From a virus, in the IMG/VR virus record IMGVR_UViG_3300042880_000288, positions 56,702 to 120,701 of that record: a DNA stretch of 64,000 nt; one strand, given 5' to 3'. The position numbers and the translations under genes are program-made. Position 1 is the first letter of the stretch. Each line of letters begins with the position of its first letter. Below, in pieces: positions 44,476 to 55,633 of this stretch. The notes beneath the pieces are model-generated. The model was not told where the DNA came from. It saw only the letters and a program-made list of their open reading frames with translations, and made no database searches.

Positions 44476-46683
44476 ATGAGTGAAATTTATCAAGACATAC
44501 CAACCTATGAAAATGGAAACTGGACAACAACAAGTTTTGAATCCAGAGAGGACTTCACTAAGTTCATTTTTAGTGTATTCAAACAACCTGGAGAATACAA
44601 CTTCAATGAAACTACCAATACAATTTTTATATCTGAGTCAACCAGATTCAAAAAAGATAAAATATACTGTACAGCTCCCTTTAAATCAAAAGACTACATA
44701 AGTTATTGGGATGACCAAAAAAATAAATGCCGTAAAGGTATAATAGTCAAGGATGGTGATTTAACCTGGTTTGTTTGTAGAGAGTATTATATGTGGTTAA
44801 ACTTTCTACCAATTTTTGATAAGGAAGAACAGAACTTTGGTTTTGCTAAAATTAGAGATGCACAGTATCATTTGGCACTCTATGAACTTCTTGCTGAACT
44901 GAACTATAAACATGCAGCTATACTTAAGAAACGTCAGATTGCATCTTCTTATTATCACATGGGTAAGTTTATAAATCAGCAATGGTTTGAGGCTGGGGTT
45001 ACACTTAAGATGGGAGCCAGTCTTAAAGATTATATCAATGAGAAAGGATCCTGGAAATTCTTACAGGAATATGCTGCATTCTTAAATGAACATACTGCAT
45101 GGTACCGTCCAATGTCTCCTGATAAAGTAATGATGTGGCAACAGAAGATTGAGGTAAGGAAAGGAGATAGAAAGAATGAAGTTGGTCTTAAAGGTACCAT
45201 ACAAGGTATGTCATTTGAGAAAGATCCAACAAATGGTGTAGGGGGTCCAGTTAAATACTTCTTTCATGAGGAGGCAGGAATTGCTCCTAAGATGGATCAG
45301 ACATATGAGTATATGAGACCAGCCATGAGATCTGGTTTAATTACCACAGGTATGTTTATTGCTGCAGGATCTGTGGGTGATTTATCTCAGTGTAATCCAT
45401 TGAAAGATATGATTTTAAATCCTACATCTAAAGATATATATGCAGTGCAAACTAATCTTATAGATGAAAAAGGCACAGAAGGTATGTCAGGTTTATTTAT
45501 TCCTGAACAATGGTCTATGCCACCACATATTGATGAGTATGGTAATTCACTTGTAGAACAAGCAATTGAAGCTTTAGAAGAACAATTTAAACAATGGAAA
45601 GATGAGTTATCTCCAGAAGATTATCAGTTAAGGATATCTCAGCATCCAAGAAATATTAAAGAAGCATTTGCTTATAGAACTGTTTCTGTATTTCCACCAC
45701 ATTTACTTGCTGCACAAGAAAGAAGAATTGAAGATAAAGAATATGGATATGAGTTCTTAGATATATCTACTGATATTGAAGGAAAACCTAGTGTTACTAA
45801 AAGTAATAAAAGACCTATTATGGAATTTCCAATTAACAAAAAGACTGAGGATAAAACCGGTTGTATTGTAGTTTGGGAAAGACCTGTGGAAAATCCATCT
45901 TTTGGAACTTATTATGCTTCTATTGACCCTGTGTCTGAAGGTAAAACAACTACCTCAGAATCATTATGTTCTATATATATTATGAAATCTCCTGTTGAAG
46001 TTACAAATATTGTAAAGGGAGAAACAGAAACATATATTGAACAAGGTAAAATAGTAGCCGCTTGGTGTGGTAGATATGATGATATAAATAAAACACATCA
46101 TCAACTTGAACTTATTATTGAGTGGTACAATGCTTGGGCACTAGTGGAAAATAACATATCTTTATTTATTCAGTATATGATCCAAAGAAGAAAACAAAAA
46201 TATTTAGTACCTAAAAATCAAATAATGTTCTTAAAAGATTTAGGTTCTAATAATAATGTATTTCAAGAATACGGTTGGAAAAATACAGGTACCCTTTTTA
46301 AAGCTCATCTTTTAAGTTATGCTATAGAGTTTACTAAAGAAGAATTAGATCAAGAATTAAAACCAGATGGTACAGTAGTTAGAACTACCTATGGTATAGA
46401 GAGGATTCCTGATCCTATGTTAATCAAAGAAATGAGAGAATATGCAGATGGAGTCAATGTGGATAGGCTAGTATCTTTTGCAGCTTTAGTAGCTTTTATG
46501 AAGATACAAGAGTCAAATAGAGGGTATTTAAAGAAAACAATTATGGATGAAGCATCAAAAAACTTGCAAAAGTCAGAAAATTTATATAAATTAAATAGCA
46601 GTCCTTTCCGTAATATAGGAAGAAGTGCACCACTTGTTAATGGTCAGTCTTTTAAAAAGTCACCATTTAAGAATTTTAAATAA
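44476..46683 (+). CDS. terL: Terminase large subunit
   Basis: LKKRQIASS Walker A, FFHEEAG Walker B, IDPVSEG RNase H-like nuclease, VDRL. Confidence 0.92.
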   Translation: MSEIYQDIPTYENGNWTTTSFESREDFTKFIFSVFKQPGEYNFNETTNTIFISESTRFKKDKIYCTAPFKSKDYISYWDDQKNKCRKGIIVKDGDLTWFVCREYYMWLNFLPIFDKEEQNFGFAKIRDAQYHLALYELLAELNYKHAAILKKRQIASSYYHMGKFINQQWFEAGVTLKMGASLKDYINEKGSWKFLQEYAAFLNEHTAWYRPMSPDKVMMWQQKIEVRKGDRKNEVGLKGTIQGMSFEKDPTNGVGGPVKYFFHEEAGIAPKMDQTYEYMRPAMRSGLITTGMFIAAGSVGDLSQCNPLKDMILNPTSKDIYAVQTNLIDEKGTEGMSGLFIPEQWSMPPHIDEYGNSLVEQAIEALEEQFKQWKDELSPEDYQLRISQHPRNIKEAFAYRTVSVFPPHLLAAQERRIEDKEYGYEFLDISTDIEGKPSVTKSNKRPIMEFPINKKTEDKTGCIVVWERPVENPSFGTYYASIDPVSEGKTTTSESLCSIYIMKSPVEVTNIVKGETETYIEQGKIVAAWCGRYDDINKTHHQLELIIEWYNAWALVENNISLFIQYMIQRRKQKYLVPKNQIMFLKDLGSNNNVFQEYGWKNTGTLFKAHLLSYAIEFTKEELDQELKPDGTVVRTTYGIERIPDPMLIKEMREYADGVNVDRLVSFAALVAFMKIQESNRGYLKKTIMDEASKNLQKSENLYKLNSSPFRNIGRSAPLVNGQSFKKSPFKNFK

Positions 46684-46689
46684 ACTATT

Positions 46690-49440
46690 ATGCAAATATA
46701 TAATGCAATACAATTAAAAAAAGGAGCTAAAGCTGAAACAAATAAAATGGGTAGTATTACCCAACCTATTCAGTTTTTATCTAAAACTGATAAGAATGAT
46801 GAATGGGCAGCTTGGAACCTTGATTGGTTAGAATGGCAAGGATTAAAACAAATCCGTAGAAATGCCAGAAGACTAATGAAGAATTATAAACTTGCAAAAG
46901 GTATTATTGATAAATCAGACTATATAATTGAAGAGAACAATGAGTACAGAGATATTGTAGAAGTACTTACAAAAGAAGATCAGTCTGCATTAGAATTAAA
47001 GTTCTATCCAATTATTCCAAATGTTATTAATGTTCTTGTAGCTGAATTTGCTAAAAGAGCAACTAAACTTACATATAGAGCAGTAGATGACTTTTCATTT
47101 AATGAAATGTTAGAACAAAAAAGAGTAGCTGTTGAAGAAGTACTTTTAGCAGATGCTAGAATGAAAATTGAAACAGCTCTAGTGGAACAAGGTATGGATC
47201 CTGAGTCAGAAGAGTTCCAACAAGAAATGAATCCAGAAAAACTCAAATCATTACCAGAGATAGAATCTTTCTTTAAAAAAGATTACAGATCCATGATTGA
47301 ACAATGGGCAACTCACCAACATAAAGTTGATGTTGAAAGATTTAAAATGGATGAACTTGAAGAAAGAGGTTTTAGAGACATGCTTATTACTGATAGAGAG
47401 TTCTGGCATTTTAGAATGATGGAAGATGACTATGAGGTAGAACTATGGAATCCAGTAGTAACTTTTTATCACAAGTCTCCTGATGCAAGATATATATCTC
47501 AATCAAATTGGGTAGGTAAAACTGATATGATGACAGTAGCTGATGCTATTGACAAGTATGGTTATATAATGAATAATGAACAATTAGAAGCTTTAGAAGC
47601 TATTTATCCTATAAGATCTGCTGCATATAATATTGGTGGTCTACAAAATGATGGTTCATTATATGATGCAACTAAATCTCATGATTGGAATGTTGAGTCA
47701 CCTTCTTTAGGATACCGTCAATTTACAACTGGTATGAATGGTAGTGTGCTTGAGGGAGGAGATATAATTGCTCAAATACTTTCTGAAGGAGAAGACTATT
47801 ATGATCAAGGTACTTCTTACTTAATAAGATGTACTACAGGTTATTGGAAATCTCAGAGAAAAGTTGGGCATTTAACTAAAATATCTGAGACAGGTGAAGT
47901 ATCAAATGAAATAATTACAGAAGACTATAAGATAACTGATAAGCCTATTTATGATGATAGACTTTTCAAAAATAAAACAAAAGATAATTTAATTTTTGGA
48001 GAACACATTGACTGGATCTGGATTAATGAAGTTTGGGGTGGTATTAAAATTGGTCCAAATATTCCATCATACTGGGGTATGAATAATCCAGGAGGCTTTA
48101 CACCAATATATATTGGAGTTGATAAAAATAAGATAGGCCCTCTTAAATTTCAATTTAAAGGAGACCAAAGTTTATATGGATGTAAACTTCCAGTAGAAGG
48201 TTCTGTATTCTCTGATAGAAATACTAAATCCACTGCCTTACTTGACTTAATGAAACCATACCAGATTGGATACAACATTGTCAATAATCAGATAGCAGAT
48301 ATACTAGTAGATGAATTAGGTACAGTAATCCTTCTTGATCAAAATGCTCTTCCTAGACATTCACTAGGAGAAGATTGGGGTAAAAATAATTTAGCTAAGG
48401 CTTATGTAGCAATGAAGAACTTCCAGATGTTACCATTGGATACTTCTATTACAAATACAGAGAATGCATTAAACTTCCAGCATTTCCAAAAACTTGATCT
48501 TGATCAAACAAACAGATTGATGTCAAGAATACAACTTGCTAATTACTTTAAGCAACAAGCATATGAAGTTATAGGTGTAAATCCTCAAAGGATGGGTCAA
48601 CAGTTATCTCAACAAACTGCTACAGGTGTTGAGCAGGCTGTTGCTGCTTCTTATGCACAAACAGAAATATTCTTTATTCAGCACTGTGATTATTTAATGC
48701 CTAGAGTTCATCAGATGAGAACAGACTTAGCACAATATTATCACTCAACTAAACCATCAACAAGATTGAGTTATATTACAGGAGCTGATGAAAAAGTAAA
48801 TTTTGAAATAGATGGTACTGATCTTTTAATGAGAGATCTTAATATATTCTGTAGTACAACTGCAAACCATAGAGCTGTCCTAGAACAGTTAAAACAAATG
48901 GCTATGCAGAATAATACTACTGGAGCATCCATTTATGATCTTGGTAAAATTGTACAATCAGATTCCATAGCAGATCTTAATACAGTTCTTAAGTCTTCAG
49001 AACAAAAACAGCAAGACATGAAACAACAAGAAATGCAACAACAACAACAAATGCAAGAACAACAACTTCAAAAACAACAAGAAATTGAGAAGATGAAGAT
49101 TGATGCTACTATGGCTGAGAAAGAAAAAGATAGACAAAGAGATATCTTGGTTGCTGAAATTAGAGCAGCTGGATATGGTTCTATGGGAGATATTAATCAA
49201 AATATGCAATCTGATTATGCAGATCAAATGGATGAAATCAGAAAGTCTGACCAATATCAACAACAAGTTAATCTACAATCTCAGAAGAATGCTGATAAAG
49301 TAATGATAGATAGAGACAAAAATAATATTGAAAGAGAAAAGATTCAAGTGCAAAGAGAGATAGCTGATAAACAATTAGAAATAGCAAGAGTCAACAAAAA
49401 CAAGTATGACAATAAATCTTCTGATAAAAAGAAAAAGTAG
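46690..49440 (+). CDS. Portal protein
   Basis: 916 aa directly after terL; FYPIIPNVINVL; Gln-rich C-terminal coil typical of crAss-like portals. Confidence 0.85.
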   Translation: MQIYNAIQLKKGAKAETNKMGSITQPIQFLSKTDKNDEWAAWNLDWLEWQGLKQIRRNARRLMKNYKLAKGIIDKSDYIIEENNEYRDIVEVLTKEDQSALELKFYPIIPNVINVLVAEFAKRATKLTYRAVDDFSFNEMLEQKRVAVEEVLLADARMKIETALVEQGMDPESEEFQQEMNPEKLKSLPEIESFFKKDYRSMIEQWATHQHKVDVERFKMDELEERGFRDMLITDREFWHFRMMEDDYEVELWNPVVTFYHKSPDARYISQSNWVGKTDMMTVADAIDKYGYIMNNEQLEALEAIYPIRSAAYNIGGLQNDGSLYDATKSHDWNVESPSLGYRQFTTGMNGSVLEGGDIIAQILSEGEDYYDQGTSYLIRCTTGYWKSQRKVGHLTKISETGEVSNEIITEDYKITDKPIYDDRLFKNKTKDNLIFGEHIDWIWINEVWGGIKIGPNIPSYWGMNNPGGFTPIYIGVDKNKIGPLKFQFKGDQSLYGCKLPVEGSVFSDRNTKSTALLDLMKPYQIGYNIVNNQIADILVDELGTVILLDQNALPRHSLGEDWGKNNLAKAYVAMKNFQMLPLDTSITNTENALNFQHFQKLDLDQTNRLMSRIQLANYFKQQAYEVIGVNPQRMGQQLSQQTATGVEQAVAASYAQTEIFFIQHCDYLMPRVHQMRTDLAQYYHSTKPSTRLSYITGADEKVNFEIDGTDLLMRDLNIFCSTTANHRAVLEQLKQMAMQNNTTGASIYDLGKIVQSDSIADLNTVLKSSEQKQQDMKQQEMQQQQQMQEQQLQKQQEIEKMKIDATMAEKEKDRQRDILVAEIRAAGYGSMGDINQNMQSDYADQMDEIRKSDQYQQQVNLQSQKNADKVMIDRDKNNIEREKIQVQREIADKQLEIARVNKNKYDNKSSDKKKK

Positions 49441-49529
49441 TTTAGCTATATAGTACAAAAAAAGATTTTTGAACCTTTAAATTTTTCAAGTTTATTTTGT
49501 ATATTGATATATAAACAAAAACCAACAAC

Positions 49530-50780
49530 ATGGAAACAACCAACACAAATCCTGAAAATCAGGTACAAGATTCTACAACGGTAGATCAAGTAGATGTAAA
49601 TATTGATGAAATCTTTGGGATGCCAGGAGCAGAAAATGTTATGCTTCCTGAAGATGAAAAACCAAAGTCAATGTTTTCAAAAGAAACTATTGACACCACG
49701 TTCCTTGACAAGTCAACTACTCCTGAAGAAAAAAAGGAAGCAGTTGAAAAGAAAGCAGAAGTTGATGAAACTATTGCAGAATTAGATGGCTTAATTTCTC
49801 AAGAAGAAGATGCTGGTAACAAAGGAAGACCTAAAGTTGATAAGTCTGGTCTTTATGAGTTAGCACAAAAGATGATTGAAGAAGGTACTCTAATGCCTTT
49901 TGATGATGACAAATCTTTGGAAGAATATACTACAAAAGATTTTAGAGAATTATTTGAGGCAAATTTTGAAGATAGAGAAGCAAGAATAAGACAAGATACT
50001 CCAAGAGAGTTCTTTCAATCACTTCCTGAAGAACTTCAAGTTGCAGCTAAATATGTAGCTGATGGAGGACAAGATCTTAAAGGATTGTTTAGAACACTTG
50101 CTCATGTAGAAGAAATGAGACAGTTAGATCCAACAGATGAGAATGATCAAGCTGAAATTGCAAGACAATATTTGTATGCTACTCAATTTGGAACTCCAGA
50201 AGAAATTGAATCTGAAATTCAAGATTGGCAAGATTTAGATAAGTTGGGTCAAAAAGCTCAACAATTTAAACCTAAGTTAGATGCCATGCAAGAAAAGATT
50301 GTTGCAAGAGAACTTGCACAACAAGAGGCTAAGAAAGAACAGCAAGCTAAAGCAGCTCAACAGTATACAGATAATGTATACACTACTTTAGCAGCAGGTG
50401 ATTTAGGTGGAATTAAACTTGATAGAAAGACACAAAGTTTACTTTATTCAGGATTAGTACAACCTAGTTACCCATCAATTTCTGGTAAGCCTACAAACTT
50501 ACTTGGACACTTATTAGAAAAGTATCAGTTTGTAGAACCAAGACATGACCTTATTGCTGAAGCTCTATGGTTACTTGCAGATCCTACTGGTTATAAAAAT
50601 AGAGTAAGAGATATAGGTGCAAAAGAAACTATACAAAAAACAGTAAGACAACTTAAAACAGAAGAAGGTAGAAAATTGACTACTTCTCCAAATGAACCTA
50701 AAGAGGAGAGAAGAGAATCAAATAGACCTACTCAACAAAGAACTATCTCAAGAGGATCTAATATCTTCAAGAGATTTTAA
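49530..50780 (+). CDS. Putative capsid scaffolding/assembly protein
   Basis: Acidic, helical; between portal and MCP. Confidence 0.6.
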   Translation: METTNTNPENQVQDSTTVDQVDVNIDEIFGMPGAENVMLPEDEKPKSMFSKETIDTTFLDKSTTPEEKKEAVEKKAEVDETIAELDGLISQEEDAGNKGRPKVDKSGLYELAQKMIEEGTLMPFDDDKSLEEYTTKDFRELFEANFEDREARIRQDTPREFFQSLPEELQVAAKYVADGGQDLKGLFRTLAHVEEMRQLDPTDENDQAEIARQYLYATQFGTPEEIESEIQDWQDLDKLGQKAQQFKPKLDAMQEKIVARELAQQEAKKEQQAKAAQQYTDNVYTTLAAGDLGGIKLDRKTQSLLYSGLVQPSYPSISGKPTNLLGHLLEKYQFVEPRHDLIAEALWLLADPTGYKNRVRDIGAKETIQKTVRQLKTEEGRKLTTSPNEPKEERRESNRPTQQRTISRGSNIFKRF

Positions 50781-50807
50781 TTAGTAACAATTTAAAAACA
50801 AATAAAA

Positions 50808-52424
50808 ATGGCAACTCCAGTTTTAAACAATGGTATATTCCTCAGAGATACCGCGTACAGTGCAAGTTCCCATGTGGATTCCTACCACTTGGTTAACATG
50901 CTGAAAGATGCTGAACCTATGGATTTAGGTCCAGTTGATTTATGGGCTATGACTCAAAAAGTTGAAATGCCTCTTTACCAAATGTCATCATTTGGAGGTA
51001 AAAATGTAATTAATGTTGATAATGCTCGTGGAGAGTATAGATGGCAGACTCCTGTCTCTATTGATCTTCCATACATTATAGAAGACATTGAACCAAATAA
51101 TACTTTCAAAGGTACAGATGGTAATACATTCCGTATTAAAATCAACAGACGTGAATTTGGACATGGTGATATTATTACTTATGACAAATACAATGGTGTT
51201 GAGATGTACATTACAGATGAAGACATCTTACCTTTAGGAGATGGATTTGTTTATACAGTTCAATTGGTAAACAATGATAACTTCAGATTTCTTGATAACA
51301 GATTTTTAGAGAATGGTACTAAACTATTCCGTAAAGGTTCTGCAAGAGGTGAGTATGGTGAAAGATTTTCTGACATCACTACAAGAACTTCATTCCGTGA
51401 GTTCTATAACTTTGTAGGTGGTGCAGAAGCTCATGTTCATTATTCTATTTCTTCAAGAGCTGATTTAATGATCAAAGGTGGTATGAATGCAGATGGTACA
51501 GTTCCTGTAACTGAGATCTGGAGAACTTTTGATAAAACTATGGATCCTTCTATATCTTCATTAGATGATATGATTAAGATCATGGGTAAAGATAAAGTTA
51601 AAAGAGCTTTTGATAATGGTGACTTATCTAGAACTTTCTTAACTACAATGGAAGCTGCTCACTTGTCAAAAATTGCAATTGACATTGAGACTTACTTAAT
51701 GTGGGGACAAGGTGGTAGAGTACGTCAAGATGGTCCAGATGATATTAGATTATCTGTGGGTCTTTGGAAACAGTTGGATAACTCATTTAAAAGAGTATAC
51801 AACAAAAATAACTTTACACTTGATTTATTCCGTGGAGAGATCTACAACTTCTTCAATGGTAAGGTTGAGTTCCAAGGTCCAGATCCAAAAAGATCTCTAG
51901 TAGTTCAAACTGGTATGGGTGGAATGAGAATGGTAAATGAAGCTATTAAAAGAGAAGCAGTTGCTTCAGGTCTTTTAATTCAAGCTGCTGATATTGGTGC
52001 AATCACTGGTAAAGGTATGGACTTGAATTTTGGATTTGCTTATACTTCATATGTAATTCCATTCTTGGCAAATGTTAAGTTTGTATTGAACCCAGCATTT
52101 GACAATGTACATACAAATGATATTGAGAACCCAATCATTGATGGTTTCCCATTATCTTCTTATTCATTCATTATCTTTGATATCACTGATAATACTAATG
52201 ACAATATCTACTTATTGAAATTGTCTTGGGATAATCAATTGAAATGGTGGTATCAAAATGGTACTATGGATTATATGGGACGTTCACAAGGATTCCAGTC
52301 TTCTGGACAATTCAATGGATACCGTGTAATGATGTCTCAAACTATGCCTGCAATTTGGGTAAAAGATCCAACTAAGGTATTGAAGATTGTTATGAGAAAC
52401 CCAGTAACTGGTGGATCATTCTAA
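50808..52424 (+). CDS. Major capsid protein
   Basis: 538 aa; crAss-type position and sequence (VDSYHL, DLWAM, GVNPxTGG-like end MRNPVTGGSF); strong terminator follows. Confidence 0.85.
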   Translation: MATPVLNNGIFLRDTAYSASSHVDSYHLVNMLKDAEPMDLGPVDLWAMTQKVEMPLYQMSSFGGKNVINVDNARGEYRWQTPVSIDLPYIIEDIEPNNTFKGTDGNTFRIKINRREFGHGDIITYDKYNGVEMYITDEDILPLGDGFVYTVQLVNNDNFRFLDNRFLENGTKLFRKGSARGEYGERFSDITTRTSFREFYNFVGGAEAHVHYSISSRADLMIKGGMNADGTVPVTEIWRTFDKTMDPSISSLDDMIKIMGKDKVKRAFDNGDLSRTFLTTMEAAHLSKIAIDIETYLMWGQGGRVRQDGPDDIRLSVGLWKQLDNSFKRVYNKNNFTLDLFRGEIYNFFNGKVEFQGPDPKRSLVVQTGMGGMRMVNEAIKREAVASGLLIQAADIGAITGKGMDLNFGFAYTSYVIPFLANVKFVLNPAFDNVHTNDIENPIIDGFPLSSYSFIIFDITDNTNDNIYLLKLSWDNQLKWWYQNGTMDYMGRSQGFQSSGQFNGYRVMMSQTMPAIWVKDPTKVLKIVMRNPVTGGSF

Positions 52425-52442
52425 TCTGATTCTATATATAAT

Positions 52443-52471
52443 GGGAGGGGGTAACTCCTCCCTATTTTTTT
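52443..52471 (+). terminator. Intrinsic terminator after MCP
   Basis: GGGAGGGG/CTCCTCCC plus T-tract. Confidence 0.75.
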
Positions 52472-52504
52472 AAATTTTAATAACCAACAAAAACAACCAA
52501 CAAA

Positions 52505-53527
52505 ATGGAAACAACAGATTTTACAATGGTAGAAGTAGGGGTAGGAAGTATTAAAAAAACTTCTATTGCCGTTAGACCTTACTTTGACAAGAAAGCTACC
52601 AACATGGGGCTTGAAGAGTATGGAATGAGTTTATTTGACGGAGTAACTCATCATGAGCAATTAGCTTGCTTGGAACTCAATGGTGTTATAAGATATATTA
52701 CAGGATTAAATGAATTTGCTCCTGAAATTAAATTATTAGATCCAGAGATTAGAGAAGCAAGAATTAAAGAGATAAGAAGTTCAGTTGCTGAATTGGAAAA
52801 AGAATTAGCAGCAAATGTTATTGATCCAGAAGATAAAGATTTTTGGAATAAGGTACAATTACTTCAACCTAACAATAAGGAGTTTTGGAATAAAATAGAT
52901 ATATCATGTGGTAATGAGCCATTCTATCTTGATCCAAAAAAACCTTTTGACAGAATAAAACTTTATGCTATTGAGGCAGGAGGGTTTGCAATGATATCAA
53001 AAAGTTATGATGATGCAAGATCAAAATCAGTACCACCTAAATTCTATCTTGATAAAGAAGAAGAAACTGTAATGGTAAGAACAGAGTACAAAAAACTCCG
53101 TAATAAAGCTTACTCAGAATTACAGAAACTATATGATAAAAACAGTACTAAATTATTTTACATTGCTAAAGTTGTGGATGCTACAAGTTCTCAATACAGA
53201 AAATCAACCCCATTAGATGTTATCTATGAGAACATGGATAGATATATTTCTGGAGATGGAGCTGAGAATAATAAAGAAAGAGCAGCAAAAACATTCATTG
53301 ATGCAGTTAATTTAGACATGGAAACATTAAAAATTAAATCAATTGTACGTGATTCCAGTTTTTTTAAGTATATTATAAATAAGCCAGATGGATATATTTA
53401 CCATAGTAAGACAAATAGTTTGCTTGGTAGAAATGTTTCAGATGTAATTGAGCACTTAAAAAACCCATTACATGAGGACATTTTAAAAGATCTTAATCTG
53501 TCTTGTGAAAAATATTGGAATACTTAA
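52505..53527 (+). CDS. Conserved crAss-like protein downstream of MCP
   Basis: 340 aa; synteny. Confidence 0.65.
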   Translation: METTDFTMVEVGVGSIKKTSIAVRPYFDKKATNMGLEEYGMSLFDGVTHHEQLACLELNGVIRYITGLNEFAPEIKLLDPEIREARIKEIRSSVAELEKELAANVIDPEDKDFWNKVQLLQPNNKEFWNKIDISCGNEPFYLDPKKPFDRIKLYAIEAGGFAMISKSYDDARSKSVPPKFYLDKEEETVMVRTEYKKLRNKAYSELQKLYDKNSTKLFYIAKVVDATSSQYRKSTPLDVIYENMDRYISGDGAENNKERAAKTFIDAVNLDMETLKIKSIVRDSSFFKYIINKPDGYIYHSKTNSLLGRNVSDVIEHLKNPLHEDILKDLNLSCEKYWNT

Positions 53528-53529
53528 TT

Positions 53530-53868
53530 ATGCCAAAAGATGCCTGTTATAGTAAAGTAAAAGCACAGTATGCTGTGTTCCCTTCAGCAAGGGCTTCTCA
53601 AGCTATTGCCAAATGCCGTAAAGGTAAAGGTCAAGTTAGAAAGACTGAGAAAGGAACTGAACTTAAAAGATGGCAAGCAGAAAAATGGCAAGATACTAAG
53701 TCAGGAAAACCTTGTGGTGCCGGTGGTAAAAATGAATACTGCCGGCCTACAAAAAGAGTATCAAAGGATACTCCTAAAACAAAGTATGAATTATCACCTT
53801 CTAAACTAGCTGCTAAGAAAGCTGAGAAGTCTAAAGTAGGTATGGGAAGGAGAGTTAAAAAAGCATAG
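53530..53868 (+). CDS. Basic small virion-type protein
   Basis: MPKDACYSKVKAQYAVFPSA..LKRWQAEKWQD; likely start at 53530. Confidence 0.65.
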   Translation: MPKDACYSKVKAQYAVFPSARASQAIAKCRKGKGQVRKTEKGTELKRWQAEKWQDTKSGKPCGAGGKNEYCRPTKRVSKDTPKTKYELSPSKLAAKKAEKSKVGMGRRVKKA

Positions 53869-53870
53869 TT

Positions 53871-54116
53871 ATGGCAATTAAAAAAACAACTACAAAATCA
53901 ACACCAGCTAAGAAGTCAACTTCTTCAGTTGGTATTTCAATTCTTGGAGGCTCTAATAAAGCTGAAATGAGAAAATGGGAAATTGAATCTGCTATGTCAA
54001 CATTAAAGAGAGCAGCAGAAATTCAAAAGGATTCTAAGATGATGGCAGAAGTAAAAAAAGCTGCATTAGAACAAGCAAAAATGTTTAATAACCTTGCAAA
54101 TGGTAAAATGAAATAA
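53871..54116 (+). CDS. Basic small protein
   Basis: 81 aa, Lys-rich. Confidence 0.65.
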   Translation: MAIKKTTTKSTPAKKSTSSVGISILGGSNKAEMRKWEIESAMSTLKRAAEIQKDSKMMAEVKKAALEQAKMFNNLANGKMK

Positions 54117-54118
54117 TC

Positions 54119-54355
54119 ATGGCAAATCCTAAACCAAAACCTCCGTTTAAACCTAAAACAGTTATAGGTAGATCATTGAGAACAGCTGATGATCAATTTG
54201 AAAAAGATTATCCAAATGTTGCATCTTCTTCAGTATATAAGAAAACAAAAAATGCTGTTAAAGATATTGCATCTAAATTAGGATTTAAAAAAGGTGGAAC
54301 TGTAAAAACAAAAAAGAATGGCAAAGTCTCCAGCATGGCAAAGAAAAGAAGGTAA
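54119..54355 (+). CDS. Basic small protein
   Basis: 78 aa; FKKGGTVK. Confidence 0.6.
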   Translation: MANPKPKPPFKPKTVIGRSLRTADDQFEKDYPNVASSSVYKKTKNAVKDIASKLGFKKGGTVKTKKNGKVSSMAKKRR

Positions 54356-54599
54356 GAATCCAGAAGGAGGTCTTAATGCAAAAGGGGTTGCAAGTTATAG
54401 AGCAGCAAATCCTGGTAGTAAACTTAAGACAGCTGTAACTACAAAACCTTCTAAACTTGATCCAAATAGTAAGTCTGCTAAGAGAAGAAAATCTTTTTGT
54501 GCTAGGATGAGTGGGATGAAGAAAAAACTAACAAGCTCTAAGACAGCTAATGATCCTGATTCAAGGATCAATAAGTCTTTAAGAAAGTGGAATTGTTAA
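54318..54599 (+). CDS. Basic protein (DUF6321-like)
   Basis: MAKSPAWQRKEGKNPEGGLNAKG...RRKSFCARMSGMKKKLTS..SRINKSLRKWNC. Confidence 0.7.
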   Translation: MAKSPAWQRKEGKNPEGGLNAKGVASYRAANPGSKLKTAVTTKPSKLDPNSKSAKRRKSFCARMSGMKKKLTSSKTANDPDSRINKSLRKWNC

Positions 54600-54609
54600 T
54601 TTATATACT

Positions 54610-54936
54610 ATGAAAACAACAAATAAAAAAACTGTTAAGTCAGTTGCAAAAATGAAAGAAGGTGGTGCAAAAAAATGTCCACCAAACTATTGTCCTGGTG
54701 GTGCAGGTGGTGGTGGTGGTTGTGTATATTGTGGTGGTGCAAAATGGGCTGGAAGAATTCTTACTGCAGGTTTAACTGCTTTAGGTAATAAAGTATTTAA
54801 AGATGCATCAAAAAGATCTTCAGAAAAAAAAGCTGCTAATGAAGCAGATAAAAAAGAAACAAAGGATGTTCTAAATACACTTAAGAAAACAAGTCTTAAG
54901 AAAAAGGGTGGTGCAGTTAAATCTAAAAAGAAATAA
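54610..54936 (+). CDS. Basic protein
   Basis: 108 aa; KEGG, KKGG motifs. Confidence 0.65.
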   Translation: MKTTNKKTVKSVAKMKEGGAKKCPPNYCPGGAGGGGGCVYCGGAKWAGRILTAGLTALGNKVFKDASKRSSEKKAANEADKKETKDVLNTLKKTSLKKKGGAVKSKKK

Positions 54937-54938
54937 TC

Positions 54939-55631
54939 ATGAAAGCAAAATCAAATAAAGGCAAAATGCCAGGAGGAGCTCCTAAAGGAATGAATCCACT
55001 AGAGTTTTTTAGAAAAGGTGGTGAACAAAGAAAAGCCATGTTTAAAAAAGGTGGATATAATACCCCTACTCAAAATCCACTACCTAAAAGATATATGGGT
55101 GGAGATGATCCATTGGCATCTCCTTCTATGCAAACAAAAAGGGCAAGTGCACCTAATGTACCTAGTGCTAGTTCATTAATGACAAATCCTTTTGTAAGAC
55201 CAAATCCTATAATGACATCTATGAATAAAGGAGTTACTCCTATGTCAACAGGTTCAATTAAACCACCAATATCTACTGTAACTCCAAGTTCAACCGTAGC
55301 ACCAGTTAGTACTGTTAGTTCAACTCCAGCTGCTCCTGTATTATCTGCAAAAGAAAAAATTGCACAAGCAAAAGCAGATGCTAAAATTGCAAAAATTAAA
55401 TCAAGATCTGATAAAAAAGTAGCAAAAGATGCAGCACTAGCAAAAGAATATGAATCAGGAACAAGAAAAGTAAAAACAGCAAGTGATTGGATAGATACAG
55501 GAATTAATGCAGCAGGAGTTGTACTTGAAGGTGTGAATGCTGTTAAGGATTTAAGAAATAGAGAACAAAAAGGTGGTTCTATAAAACGAAAAGCTTCTAA
55601 AGGAATGATTGTTAAATCTAAAAGAAAATAA
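54939..55631 (+). CDS. Basic low-complexity protein
   Basis: 230 aa; several xGG motifs. Confidence 0.65.
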   Translation: MKAKSNKGKMPGGAPKGMNPLEFFRKGGEQRKAMFKKGGYNTPTQNPLPKRYMGGDDPLASPSMQTKRASAPNVPSASSLMTNPFVRPNPIMTSMNKGVTPMSTGSIKPPISTVTPSSTVAPVSTVSSTPAAPVLSAKEKIAQAKADAKIAKIKSRSDKKVAKDAALAKEYESGTRKVKTASDWIDTGINAAGVVLEGVNAVKDLRNREQKGGSIKRKASKGMIVKSKRK

Positions 55632-55633
55632 TT

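Noticed and set aside
49000-49100. CAA-rich tandem repeat
   Set aside because: Encodes the Gln-rich coiled coil of the portal; not an independent element.
44476-52424. Introns or inteins in terL, portal or MCP (also polB)
   Set aside because: Continuous ORFs of ordinary length; no intein C-terminal HN motif or embedded homing endonuclease was noticed.
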